A program made the translations under genes and the position numbers. A stretch of DNA of 40,000 nucleotides from Tepidiformaceae bacterium (GTDB taxonomy: Bacteria > Chloroflexota > Dehalococcoidia > Tepidiformales > Tepidiformaceae), in contig OZ246422.1 of the NCBI GenBank assembly GCA_965231185.1, positions 2,403,650-2,443,649 on the forward strand, written 5' to 3'. Each line of letters opens with the position of its first letter. Position 1 is the first letter of the stretch. Shown in pieces: positions 1 through 9,260 of the stretch. The notes under the pieces were generated by a model that saw only the letters and a list, made by a program, of their open reading frames with translations, was not told the origin of the DNA and searched no databases.

Positions 1-2197
1 CCCCAACGGCCAGCACCTCGACAGCTGAGGCTACCGGGTCCCATTCGCGGTCCGGGTCATGCACGCGTCCCAACTGGTCAACGACGTGCTCAGCCCACGT
101 AGGAACTTGCTCACTCACGGCCAGTAGCTGGTTCAAGCCGCCCGGGAAGTTCCAATGCCCGTGATGCTCAAAGTTCACCAGCCCTTGCAGCGCCTGTGCC
201 GCCCGTAGTTGCGAGTCAGCGCCGCCGTCCAGCGGCAAACGAAGCTTGACCGCCCTGGGGACTTCTCTCGTGTCCTGTCTGGCGAAATCGATACTGGTCC
301 GCGCGAATGCGTCACTTGCGGTGCCCCGTGAGCCCGCGAACACGGCCCGCTCCAACTCCTCCCGATCCCAATCGATTGCGGCCATCACCGCGTTCATCAC
401 GAGCCGGCGAAGGTTGTCAGTGACGCCCGTCATCGGCCCATTGTTCGCCCAAGTCTGGATCGCCCCGAGGCGCCGCTGCACGGCCTGAGGCACTTCAGCC
501 TTATGCTCGACCTCCGGCTCTACTTCTGAGTGCGGCTGTGGTTCGGTTGGCGGGTCCTCGCCGAGCATGAGTGGGTCGAGCGTGAAGGCTGCGTACAGTT
601 CGTCCGGAAGCTGTGTGGCATCGCCCGGACGCGAGCTCCACAATTCCAGCAGGGCGAGATAGCGGTCAGCTTGCGGTCCCGTTCGATCACGGACTTGTCG
701 CTGGACGCCTACCTCCAGTTCTCGGCCGCCGTGATTCTCAACGAGTTGGCTGTCAGGGAAGTCGCCTCTCCGGAGTGACTGTGACCGGAGATCGCTCACG
801 ATGGGGCGGAGGATGTCCCGCAGCAGCGAGCGGGGATCCATTGCAGCGCTGTTTGGTGAACGATCTCTCCACCGCTGCGCCATGTTGGAGAGGGCGTGGG
901 ACGTGAACGGGTACAGCCCTACCTCGCCCGCCCCCTGGAGCGAGCGTGATCCAAAGGTTGCATGGCAGGGTTCCCGGTGCTCGCACTCTGTGCACGCATT
1001 CGGCAGAGGCGGCCTAGTCTCGCCAGTTCGGGTCTCCGCGTACCACTCGTGCAGTGTGCGGTCGCCGACGCGCAGCGCGTTGAGGTAGCGAGCGGCGAAG
1101 GGCGCGAGCCTGTCGCCCTCGTCGAGCGGTGACCGTTGATCGAGGTTGATGATGAAGTCCAGTCGTGTCTTCTGTGTAGCGAGCAACTCACTCCGGTAGT
1201 AGCCGGTAGTGACGGCAATAAGCAGGCGCATTTGACATAGCTCGTCGGAACTCTCGATGAGCGCGTCGAGCAGGGCACGGTCGATGCCCTCCGTCCGCAC
1301 GAAGTCCTCAACGAGCAGGACGAGCGTCTGTCCCTTTTCCCTGAGGTGTCGCCGAATCCCGTTTAACAAGTCCGTCAAGTCGCCGCTTCCTAGCCCGAGC
1401 GTCTGCGCGACAGCGGCGTCGAGATGCGCGTTGACCAGTTCAACGGCTCGCTCCCGGAGTTGCGCGTTGCCTTGCAGGCTGCGCAGCAGGTGGACCGTTG
1501 GGGCAGCAAGGTCGCGCATTCGCGTCATCGCGGCATCAAGATGCAGGTCGGCCTCTTCGAACCTGCGGCGCGTTTCTCGATCCTCGCGGCCCGATGCGGT
1601 CGTGATGTGACGGACCAAATCCGCAACGATTCCCTTCTCCCCCGAGTGGTGTTCTCTCATGGATGGGTCGAGGAAGAAGTCGCGCAGTCCGTTCGCCAGC
1701 GCTGCGTCAACTTCATTGCTGTGCTCGGAGCGATCGAGGGAGAGTGCGAGGCCCGTGAGGAGGCCTAATTCGAGTTCCGTGAACTCCGAGGCTGAATCGG
1801 GAGCCGCAACGAGCTTGTCTTGGTACTCCGCTCGGAGGGCTGGTGGGAGCACCTCGATCAGTCGCCCCACAATCCAGCGCAGACTCGTTCCCGAGCGCGG
1901 GACGCTCACTACCCGCAGATCGGTGCGGTCCCGAGGGATGTTCAATTCAACCCATCGCACCAGGTGCGACTTTCCGTATCCGCTGTCACCGATCACGACC
2001 GCCCGGACATCGCCGGAACGCGTGATGAAGTCCTCCAAGAACTCCTGGGCGGAGCGCTGGCCAGCAGGACGCTCGAACGAAAGCGGCTCCTCCGTGTGCA
2101 CGGCCATGAAGACCGGTGCCTGTGCTGCATCCGCGTCAGTGCGCATCACCTGTTCGGCGCGCTCGGACTCCCAGCAGACGACACGCGTAAAGCTCAT
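1..2197 (-). CDS. dpdH: DpdH-like large P-loop NTPase (partial; C-terminal part lies beyond window start)
   Basis: Absent from the supplied ORF track because it has no stop inside the window. Hand translation of the minus frame from ATG 2197-2195 reads MSFTRVVCWESERAEQVMRTDADAAQAPVF... and stays open to position 1 (>730 codons). Walker A-like GDSGYGKSH, Walker B-like LVLLVEDF, Cys cluster CTECEHREPCH. Its start overlaps the upstream stop by 4 nt (ATGA). The dpdH label rests on gene order after the E/F/G-like genes and on size, not on alignment. Confidence 0.5.
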   Translation of the reverse strand, partial: MSFTRVVCWESERAEQVMRTDADAAQAPVFMAVHTEEPLSFERPAGQRSAQEFLEDFITRSGDVRAVVIGDSGYGKSHLVRWVELNIPRDRTDLRVVSVPRSGTSLRWIVGRLIEVLPPALRAEYQDKLVAAPDSASEFTELELGLLTGLALSLDRSEHSNEVDAALANGLRDFFLDPSMREHHSGEKGIVADLVRHITTASGREDRETRRRFEEADLHLDAAMTRMRDLAAPTVHLLRSLQGNAQLRERAVELVNAHLDAAVAQTLGLGSGDLTDLLNGIRRHLREKGQTLVLLVEDFVRTEGIDRALLDALIESSDELCQMRLLIAVTTGYYRSELLATQKTRLDFIINLDQRSPLDEGDRLAPFAARYLNALRVGDRTLHEWYAETRTGETRPPLPNACTECEHREPCHATFGSRSLQGAGEVGLYPFTSHALSNMAQRWRDRSPNSAAMDPRSLLRDILRPIVSDLRSQSLRRGDFPDSQLVENHGGRELEVGVQRQVRDRTGPQADRYLALLELWSSRPGDATQLPDELYAAFTLDPLMLGEDPPTEPQPHSEVEPEVEHKAEVPQAVQRRLGAIQTWANNGPMTGVTDNLRRLVMNAVMAAIDWDREELERAVFAGSRGTASDAFARTSIDFARQDTREVPRAVKLRLPLDGGADSQLRAAQALQGLVNFEHHGHWNFPGGLNQLLAVSEQVPTWAEHVVDQLGRVHDPDREWDPVASAVEVLAVG

Positions 2198-3060
2198 CGT
2201 CGGTCCTCACCTAGTCGAAGCTGCGACACAGGGCGAGGCTCCGGCCAGAGAGTCAGCATCATCACACGGGCGTCGCTGGGCGGGGGTGGCATCTCGACTG
2301 CGCCTCGATCCTTCAGCCGAGCGAGCGCGAAGCTGGTTGATCGTGAGAACTGGGCGTCCGAACGCTGGCGTTCGATGCTGAACTGTCGCTCGACTTCCTG
2401 GCGGACGCTGCCGCCCTCCATCACTGGACACACCTTAGCGACGCGTGACATCACGTCGCTAATCGGGAGCTCTTCACCCACTCGCATCGTCTTTCGCATT
2501 GCGGACTCGAGGGCGACGCTGGGGTCCGGTACGAGCAACTCGCTGGCTTCTCCCTGGATGCCGGTCCCAAGCCGCCAACCGAATCCAAGATAGACAGCCC
2601 AGTACGCGAACTGTTGGCAGGAAGCGATGTTGACGAGTTCGAACGCGTTGGTTGTGCTTGGGCAGTCACGCTCAACGAGCGTGCGCCAGTTGTCCCTCAA
2701 ACTCAGTGGCGTCGACGTGGGTTGCGCTAGGAACCAGGCGATGGCAGGTGCTACCGAAACCTGCTGCGCATCAGCCGCTAGTTCCGGGAACAACAGCGTG
2801 TGCGCGATGACCGTGCGGATGTCGTCCGTGGCCGCAGCTTCGTCTGTCAACTTCCAGCGGTCGCCATCGGTCCGTTCGATCAGCCCCAGATTCGATGCCT
2901 CAGCAACGACCCCTGAGATGACATTCCTGGCTTCGCGGAGAGTGGGAGGTGACAGTAGCCCGTACACCTCCTCGGTCGACACGTTCGTACGCCCGCGAAG
3001 GTAACGGACGACCGCCTCCATGCGGTTCGGAACCGCTTCCCACGTCGTGACGACGCTCAT
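2194..3060 (-). CDS. dpdG: DpdG-like protein (288 aa, no catalytic motif recognised)
   Basis: Protein-like ORF MSVVTTWEAVPNRMEAVVRYLRGR..., with 4-nt start/stop overlaps to both neighbours (3057-3060 and 2194-2197). Assigned by position between the DEAH helicase and the P-loop NTPase. Confidence 0.45.
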   Translation of the reverse strand: MSVVTTWEAVPNRMEAVVRYLRGRTNVSTEEVYGLLSPPTLREARNVISGVVAEASNLGLIERTDGDRWKLTDEAAATDDIRTVIAHTLLFPELAADAQQVSVAPAIAWFLAQPTSTPLSLRDNWRTLVERDCPSTTNAFELVNIASCQQFAYWAVYLGFGWRLGTGIQGEASELLVPDPSVALESAMRKTMRVGEELPISDVMSRVAKVCPVMEGGSVRQEVERQFSIERQRSDAQFSRSTSFALARLKDRGAVEMPPPPSDARVMMLTLWPEPRPVSQLRLGEDRR

Positions 3061-5585
3061 CGCTGCAACTCTGAGACGAACTCGGCGAGACTGAGGACTC
3101 GGGCTACCGGGGGTGCCTGGCGGAGCGTGACGCCCGGCTTCGATGGATGCGGGACCGACTCGTCGAGCAGCCAGATGCGCTCGGCTCCGGGCTCGCGCGC
3201 CGCGAATTGGTAGGCCGGCAGCCGCTCACTCGCTCGTCCAACGATCACCGTGGGCCCCTCAGGCAAGTCGTTCAATCCCAGTTCATGTGCCACAAACAGC
3301 GGTGTGTCCCCGGTTTCTGCGAAGTCATCCGCGTCAAACGCATCTCCGAGCAGAATCAGGTTCCGGACCCCGCATGCGGAGATGCGACGGAGCGCCTCCT
3401 TCTCGCGCCGCCGGGCCAGCGGCCCGCTCGTCCGCTGGCCATGGAACACGAACAGTTGACCGTTGCGGTTGAGCAGGTGTGGTAACCGGCCCGTGAGCTC
3501 CGTGGGTGGCCACGGATGCGGCGTGACTGGCGCATTGCTGTCGCGCAGCGGTCGCCCGATACGCCGACAGGGAGGGCAGCCGCCGCACGCACGACCCACC
3601 CGGACAGCGGGTAAGTCCTGGGCGGCGTCACCCTCCATCTCATACATCGGCGCGATGGCCTCGCCCGCGCAACGATCGCCACGCAGGAGAAATGACTTCA
3701 TCCGCTCGAACGAACGCCTCGCCACGTCCTTGCGAGCAGCCCTGAATCCCGCGATGCGATCTTCCCAGAAACTCTGATCAATCGTGGCGTCCATTACCAA
3801 GCTCACGCGCGGTCGCTCAATGTCGATAGCACCCTCGCCATCATCGTCGTCCTCAAGGTCGAGAGCGCTGTTCAACTGCCGAACCAACCGGTCAGGAACA
3901 TCAAGCAGCCGGATACCGCCTGCCGCCGCCATCAATACGAGGGTCTTGACGTTCCACCCCGTGTTCCTCGGGCCGACCATGTCGATCTCGCGGTCATCCA
4001 CGCCAGGCCGGCAATCGACTGGCACGGCGTGCACTCCGTCTGAGTACTCGTGGTCCTGGTGCGTGAACATCGCCCGCCAGCGGTGTGCCGCGCGTTCTTC
4101 CGTCAGCATCTGCTGTGCACTGATCTTGGCGGCGATATTGAGGTCGCGGTGTGAGGGCAGCAGCAGCGAGACACTTGCGCGGCCATCCCGGCCGCCCCGC
4201 CCGACTTCCTGATAGAAGCGATCAAGCGACTCAGGGACACAGGCATGCACAACCGCCCGCACGTCGGGATTGTCGATGCCGAGTCCGAAAGCCGATGTGC
4301 CGACCACAAGGTCCATCTCCCCATCGCGCCAGCCCCGTACGACCTGATTGCGGACGGCATCGGGCGTGTCTCCGGCAATGGTGCCGACCCTTCGGAATCC
4401 ACGCTCCCGGACTGCTTCGTACCAGTGCGCTGCGTCCGCACGGGTCGTGGTGTAGAGGATGAGTGGGCGCGGCAGATGCAGGAGAGCCTCGAACACACGC
4501 GCTTCCCGTGTGGCCTGATCAGTCGTGTCGGCAACCCAAAAGCTGATCTCGGGGCGGAGCTGGGCAGCACTGACTACCCTGAACGGCTCCCCAGGGAAGA
4601 GCGTTCGCAATAGATCGATCGAGGAGTGGGTGAGGGTTGCGGACAGGAGCACGGTACGGAAGCGGCGTTCGCCAGCGAGTTCGAGCAGTTGACGGCGTAG
4701 CCCCGCAAGCATCTGGAACTCCGGACGGAAGTTGATTCCCCAGGTGTCGATCAGGTGCGCCTCGTCAACGACGATCGTGCGCAGACGGCCACGGCTTGCA
4801 GCCTCACGGAGTGGTTCGCTCAGCGAGGTGCAGACTGCCTCTGGAGAAGCGAAACACAACGACTGCTCACCGTTGCGAATGCGATCGAGCAGCGGCTGAT
4901 TCTTTTCGGCCTCGCCCGCGCGGTACGCCAGCGGTGTGTCATCGAAGCCAAGCCGATGCGAACTCTGTTCGTGGTCGGCGGCTAGCGCCACTGTAGGCGT
5001 TACGACGAGTGTCACGCCGGGCCCGTCGCCGAACCCGACGCGGGCCAGAGCCTGGAATGCCAAGCTCTTCCCCTCGCCCGTCGGAAGCGACACGACCAGC
5101 GTTGAACCGCGCGGCGCACTCAGCGTTGCGCGTAGCGCCCGGCGCTGCCCAGGTGAGCGATATGAGTCGTAGTCGAATGCGGCCAGGTACGGATCGGCTG
5201 CGGCTAGGTCACTGCGCCGCCGCTCCTGAGATTGAGCTGTCGCTCCGTCCACACCTTCGTCCGGGACGTTGGGCAACCACTCTGGCTTCCACGGGAGGCT
5301 CTCGATCCTGAAGGCACCATCAACTGGAGTAGCCGTTACGCCAACAGAGGCCCAGTCAGCGGCCGTTGGCATGTCCGACCCGGCCGACACGCGGAGAGCG
5401 CCACCTTCCCGCTGCAGCACGTGCCTGAGGAGGGCGGCCAGATCCAACGGCGAGGCAGAACTCGTGTCTAGAGCCCGGAAGAGACGTGCGATTGGGGGTG
5501 GCGCGTTGCTTGGGTTCGGCACGGCATCGCCGAGCAGGCGCGCCCGAAGCGCCTCAAACGGATGGTTGATCGTCACACTGGTCAC
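3057..5585 (-). CDS. dpdF: DpdF-like superfamily-2 DEAH helicase (RecQ-like core)
   Basis: Motifs LPTGEGKSLAFQ (Walker A), VVDEAHLID (DEAH), LLSATLT, GTSAFGLGID and QEVGRGGRDG. 842 aa. 4-nt overlaps with the flanking genes. Confidence 0.6.
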   Translation of the reverse strand: MTSVTINHPFEALRARLLGDAVPNPSNAPPPIARLFRALDTSSASPLDLAALLRHVLQREGGALRVSAGSDMPTAADWASVGVTATPVDGAFRIESLPWKPEWLPNVPDEGVDGATAQSQERRRSDLAAADPYLAAFDYDSYRSPGQRRALRATLSAPRGSTLVVSLPTGEGKSLAFQALARVGFGDGPGVTLVVTPTVALAADHEQSSHRLGFDDTPLAYRAGEAEKNQPLLDRIRNGEQSLCFASPEAVCTSLSEPLREAASRGRLRTIVVDEAHLIDTWGINFRPEFQMLAGLRRQLLELAGERRFRTVLLSATLTHSSIDLLRTLFPGEPFRVVSAAQLRPEISFWVADTTDQATREARVFEALLHLPRPLILYTTTRADAAHWYEAVRERGFRRVGTIAGDTPDAVRNQVVRGWRDGEMDLVVGTSAFGLGIDNPDVRAVVHACVPESLDRFYQEVGRGGRDGRASVSLLLPSHRDLNIAAKISAQQMLTEERAAHRWRAMFTHQDHEYSDGVHAVPVDCRPGVDDREIDMVGPRNTGWNVKTLVLMAAAGGIRLLDVPDRLVRQLNSALDLEDDDDGEGAIDIERPRVSLVMDATIDQSFWEDRIAGFRAARKDVARRSFERMKSFLLRGDRCAGEAIAPMYEMEGDAAQDLPAVRVGRACGGCPPCRRIGRPLRDSNAPVTPHPWPPTELTGRLPHLLNRNGQLFVFHGQRTSGPLARRREKEALRRISACGVRNLILLGDAFDADDFAETGDTPLFVAHELGLNDLPEGPTVIVGRASERLPAYQFAAREPGAERIWLLDESVPHPSKPGVTLRQAPPVARVLSLAEFVSELQR

Positions 5586-8500
5586 GCCGTTGGGTCCGGG
5601 CGATCGTGGGACACGATGAACGCGCCGATGGCCTCAAGCCGCAGGTGGGGCACTGTAACGGCCTGCCGGAGCGCCTCGGCCACGCCCCGCCGCCTCGTCA
5701 CCGATGGGTCGGTCTCCCCGAGCAACTCAAGCGCCCGGTGCCGGCGGTTGAGGCGGGCCTGTTGAGCCGCGAGCGTTTGCACAGCCGTGCTGCGCGCGTG
5801 CTCGAAACGCGTTGTGAAGTCAGGCTCGGCACGGAGCAACGCTTCGGAGCGGGTGCGGACTTCGTGGCAGAGCGTAGTGAAGCGCGGACCGCCCACCACG
5901 GCCTCAATCAAGTCGGGGCGGCCCCCGAGATTTACATCGGAATAGCGGTCGTAGTCACGCTGCAGGATGTCGCAGATCAGGGGGTCTGTGACCAACTCGA
6001 ACCTCGTATCGTAGTCGCGCGTCTCGATCCACCGTGGGAAGAGGTAGTTGGCCGCGCCTAGGACAGCACCGACTGGTATTGAGGAGTCCTCCTCAAGCGA
6101 CTCGCGAAGCCTCCGCTCATCAATCTCGACAACGTAGGTCAGGCGGAAGCCCACCCACTCGCCAGCTTCGGCTGGCCAGCGCCTATCCGCACGCCACGTT
6201 GCGAAGGCCATACCGCGATCGTCGCGGCGCATGAGCCGAAGCATCTCGTCGGCGAGGGGGGAGCCGGGCCGCACAAGACGCACTGTCGGGTCGGCGAGTG
6301 CCCGTTTGCGGTCGAACGTCAGCGGCCGATCGAGGCCGGGCTCGAATCGCTCCCTCCATCCCGGTTGCTCGGGGATTCGGGTCTGGCGGCCCCATCGAAC
6401 GCGGAAGACACCCGGTGCGCGTTCCTCACGCCCGAACCGCAGCACATCGAAGAGCCATCCCGAAACATCGTCCGCAAACTGCTGCTCGCCGCGCTCAGCC
6501 CCCTGGAGGCGCTCGAAGGCATCCCGCGCGTCGCGGGCCTCCAGGTCCAGTTGATCGAGCGCGTACTGCCGGTCCTGCCGCTGGCGTTCTTCGTCGAGTG
6601 CGTTCCGAATAGTGCTCGTCAGGTCCGTGACCCCGGCGGCACCTCTGCGAAAGAGAGCCAAGCGAACCCTCTCGCGCAGTTCATCGAGAAGAAAGTGGAT
6701 GTCGGATATCGATCGCGAGTAAACGCCAAATCCGTCCCTGAGCAGTTCGTGCCACGCTAGCCACGGGCTACTATCCGCATCGCTGGGCAGCACAACTCGG
6801 GTGGGGATGTCCGGGCGGCGGCGTCCCATGCGATCGAGCCGCCCGACGCGCTGTTCGAGCCGCTCCGGCGCGAACGGGAGATCGGTCAGTAGCAAGCCGT
6901 CCGCGGCCTGTAGATTGAGGCCCTCCTCGGCGGTGTGGTCGGCGATGAGCACTGCGGGGCGGCTGCTCCCCACGAACCGATCGACTGCATCTTCCACCTC
7001 AGAGTCACTCATGCCTGCGGTCACCATGGTCACGGTGGTCGCGACGCTCAACTGAAGGCGGTCAGCCAGTCGCTCTGCGAACCTGGTAGAGGATGTAAAC
7101 GTGACGATGAGTGGCGGTTCGTCCCCTCCGCGCCGCGCCAGCCCAGAGAGCGTCAGGTCGATCGATGCCAGGCAGAGTTCGAGACGCGTCATTCCCTCGC
7201 CCATTCGTTCGCTGGTGGCGAGGGAATCTGCGACCCATTCGAGTTCGCCCGGATACGCTTCGGGCCCTCCGTCCTGTAGCACAGCCATACGAGTGCGGAG
7301 CAACGCAACGTACTCATCGAGGCCTTGACCGAGCGCTTCCAGCAGGCTCTCGTACAGCCGCGCGGCTCCCGTCTCAGTCTCGGGAGTAGCAACCGCAGCG
7401 GCGTCGGCTCGCCACTGTTCCAAGAGGACCATCGCGTTCTCGACCCTCGAGTCGTCGTCCACCTCGACGGCCGTGATCGGACACGAGCGGTCGAGCCAAC
7501 CGGCGTCCACTCGCCGCGTACGTATCAATCGGTGATCGAGCCGGTACGTTTCAGAGATCAACTCACGCAAGTTCCGCACGGCCGCCTGGCGATGCCCTGC
7601 GTCGAGACTGGTATCGAGCACGGCGGCGCAGGACGCGCGCACGTCCGGATCCTCGTGAAGGAGTTCGGCGATCTGCGCGACCGTGGAGCCAAGCAAGACC
7701 AGCGATGCTTCGGGATCGAGCGCCAGCACCAGTTCGCCGTAGCGCTGTCGACGCTCACTCCGCGCGCGGAAACGGTCAACATCGTCAAGCGGATACGTCA
7801 GCGGATCCAGGATGTGGAGCAGTGCGAGCGTCGCTGCTTCATCGCCCAACACCGGCGTGGCAGTGAGGAGTAGGAGTCGCTCCGCCTTGTTGGCAACGTT
7901 GGTGAGTAGCCCGTACCCGTCTGCCAGCGCTCCGCCACGACCGATCAGGTGGTGAGCCTCGTCGATGATGAGCAGATCAAGTCCGTCATCGTCCTCAAGG
8001 AGGTCCTCGAGGCAGGTCATATCGAAGAACTCGACCTGCCCCTCGTCCGTGTCGATGTCGAACTTCTCGCGCAGTTCGCGCTGCCACTGTCGCAGCAGTG
8101 AAGTGGGGGCAACCACGGCGGCGCGGGACGAAGGTGCATCGGTGAGGAGTTGTCGCAGGATGGCCCCTGCCTCGATCGTCTTCCCAAGGCCGACCTCGTC
8201 CGCAAGGAGATAGCGTTGGATCGGATCCTCCCGCAGTCGCTGCACAACGTGGAATTGATGTGGCATCAACTCCACGCTCGCCGACACGAGCCCGCCCGCG
8301 TTGGCTGAGGCGTTCTGCTGTGCGAGAAGGGCACCGAGTGCAGCGAGGCGCCGGTCATGGAAGTGCTGGGACTCGACTCCACCCGCGGCAAGTGCGTCCG
8401 TGGGATCCACTGTGGGGGCGAAGCACCGCGCTTCGAGTACGCTTTCCACTACCGGGGCATCGTCACGGCCCGGCAGGCGAACCAAGTAGGCTAGTTTGTC

Positions 8501-8974
8501 TTCGCCGGCGGAGCGGTCGTAATCAATGATTCGGCCTGCTGACCATGCCTCGCGCGTCTCGTCAAACACGTAGACACGGGTCTGGGGTGACAGGTACGCC
8601 CGCTCCAGTTGGCCAGGGACGTACTCCCACTCTTCGCGCTTGGCTGCGGAGTGAACGATGCGTACCTGCGCTCGGCCGGGGCTCAGGTGGACCAACTTCC
8701 CGAGCAGGGCCCGGTCGTACGTCCACACAAATCCGCCCACCTGCAGCCGAGAAGGGTCAACGACTTCGGGGCGCAAGGCTGACGGGGCCTTCTTGGGTGG
8801 CTCCACATCGAACCCATCTGCAAGGTCGCGCGAGCCCCGGCAGGCAGGGAATTGTGAACAGCCCCAGAAGGAATCGCCGGAACGCCACCCCCGTTGGGCT
8901 ACCCTGATCTCCATCGCCCCACCGCAGGTTGGACAGGGCGGAGCGTCAGCAGATTCGACGGTCATACTCTCCAA
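5582..8974 (-). CDS. dpdE: DpdE-like SNF2-family helicase with N-terminal C4 topoisomerase-type zinc ribbon
   Basis: N-terminal CPTCGGAMEIRVAQRGWRSGDSFWGCSQFPACRGS. SNF2 motifs LLADEVGLGKTIEAG, LLIIDEAHHL, LLLTATP, EGLNLQ and QRVGRLDRMGR. 1130 aa and first gene of the minus-strand operon. Confidence 0.6.
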   Translation of the reverse strand: MESMTVESADAPPCPTCGGAMEIRVAQRGWRSGDSFWGCSQFPACRGSRDLADGFDVEPPKKAPSALRPEVVDPSRLQVGGFVWTYDRALLGKLVHLSPGRAQVRIVHSAAKREEWEYVPGQLERAYLSPQTRVYVFDETREAWSAGRIIDYDRSAGEDKLAYLVRLPGRDDAPVVESVLEARCFAPTVDPTDALAAGGVESQHFHDRRLAALGALLAQQNASANAGGLVSASVELMPHQFHVVQRLREDPIQRYLLADEVGLGKTIEAGAILRQLLTDAPSSRAAVVAPTSLLRQWQRELREKFDIDTDEGQVEFFDMTCLEDLLEDDDGLDLLIIDEAHHLIGRGGALADGYGLLTNVANKAERLLLLTATPVLGDEAATLALLHILDPLTYPLDDVDRFRARSERRQRYGELVLALDPEASLVLLGSTVAQIAELLHEDPDVRASCAAVLDTSLDAGHRQAAVRNLRELISETYRLDHRLIRTRRVDAGWLDRSCPITAVEVDDDSRVENAMVLLEQWRADAAAVATPETETGAARLYESLLEALGQGLDEYVALLRTRMAVLQDGGPEAYPGELEWVADSLATSERMGEGMTRLELCLASIDLTLSGLARRGGDEPPLIVTFTSSTRFAERLADRLQLSVATTVTMVTAGMSDSEVEDAVDRFVGSSRPAVLIADHTAEEGLNLQAADGLLLTDLPFAPERLEQRVGRLDRMGRRRPDIPTRVVLPSDADSSPWLAWHELLRDGFGVYSRSISDIHFLLDELRERVRLALFRRGAAGVTDLTSTIRNALDEERQRQDRQYALDQLDLEARDARDAFERLQGAERGEQQFADDVSGWLFDVLRFGREERAPGVFRVRWGRQTRIPEQPGWRERFEPGLDRPLTFDRKRALADPTVRLVRPGSPLADEMLRLMRRDDRGMAFATWRADRRWPAEAGEWVGFRLTYVVEIDERRLRESLEEDSSIPVGAVLGAANYLFPRWIETRDYDTRFELVTDPLICDILQRDYDRYSDVNLGGRPDLIEAVVGGPRFTTLCHEVRTRSEALLRAEPDFTTRFEHARSTAVQTLAAQQARLNRRHRALELLGETDPSVTRRRGVAEALRQAVTVPHLRLEAIGAFIVSHDRPDPTA

Positions 8975-9260
8975 TGGCTCTGGTGCTACCCGTTTCTAGA
9001 GAGTGGTTCAGCGCTTCGACTAGCTAGGCGGGCACCCTGGGGATTGTAGCGGGGAAGGCTCTGCGGTGCGCGACAGAGCACGGATGGTCTGCCTCGAAGA
9101 AGGCTGCGGGAGTGGGGCGGTTCGGTTTCAGCAGACGAGGACCTTGTCAGCAATGTTCAGATGCCTCAGAGTTGGCAGGTGTCGAGCAGTGGGTCGCCTA
9201 CGTCCCGCGCCGCTGTGGCGGGGGACGTAAACCTGGCGGCCCAGGAAGGAGTTGAGTCGG
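8975..9260. promoter_or_regulatory. Divergent control region between the dpdE-H and dpdB...dpdA operons, with a leader hairpin
   Basis: 286-bp non-coding spacer between divergent start codons. Hairpin: TACGTCCCGCGCC (9199-9211), loop GCTGT, GGCGGGGGACGTA (9217-9229), pairing 12 of 13. SD GGAAGGAG at 9244-9251 lies ahead of ATG 9261. Confidence 0.4.

Noticed and set aside
1257-2593. Plus-strand ORFs of 117-257 aa (1257-1610, 1659-2381, 1820-2593)
   Set aside because: They are antisense to the hand-translated DpdH-like and DpdG-like genes, Ser/Arg-rich and without motifs.
9199-9260. Possible preQ1/preQ0 riboswitch in the dpdB leader
   Set aside because: A hairpin is present, but I could not see the A-rich 3' tail or pseudoknot pattern of preQ1-I, nor the features of preQ1-II/III. 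It is kept only as a generic leader hairpin pending a covariance-model search.
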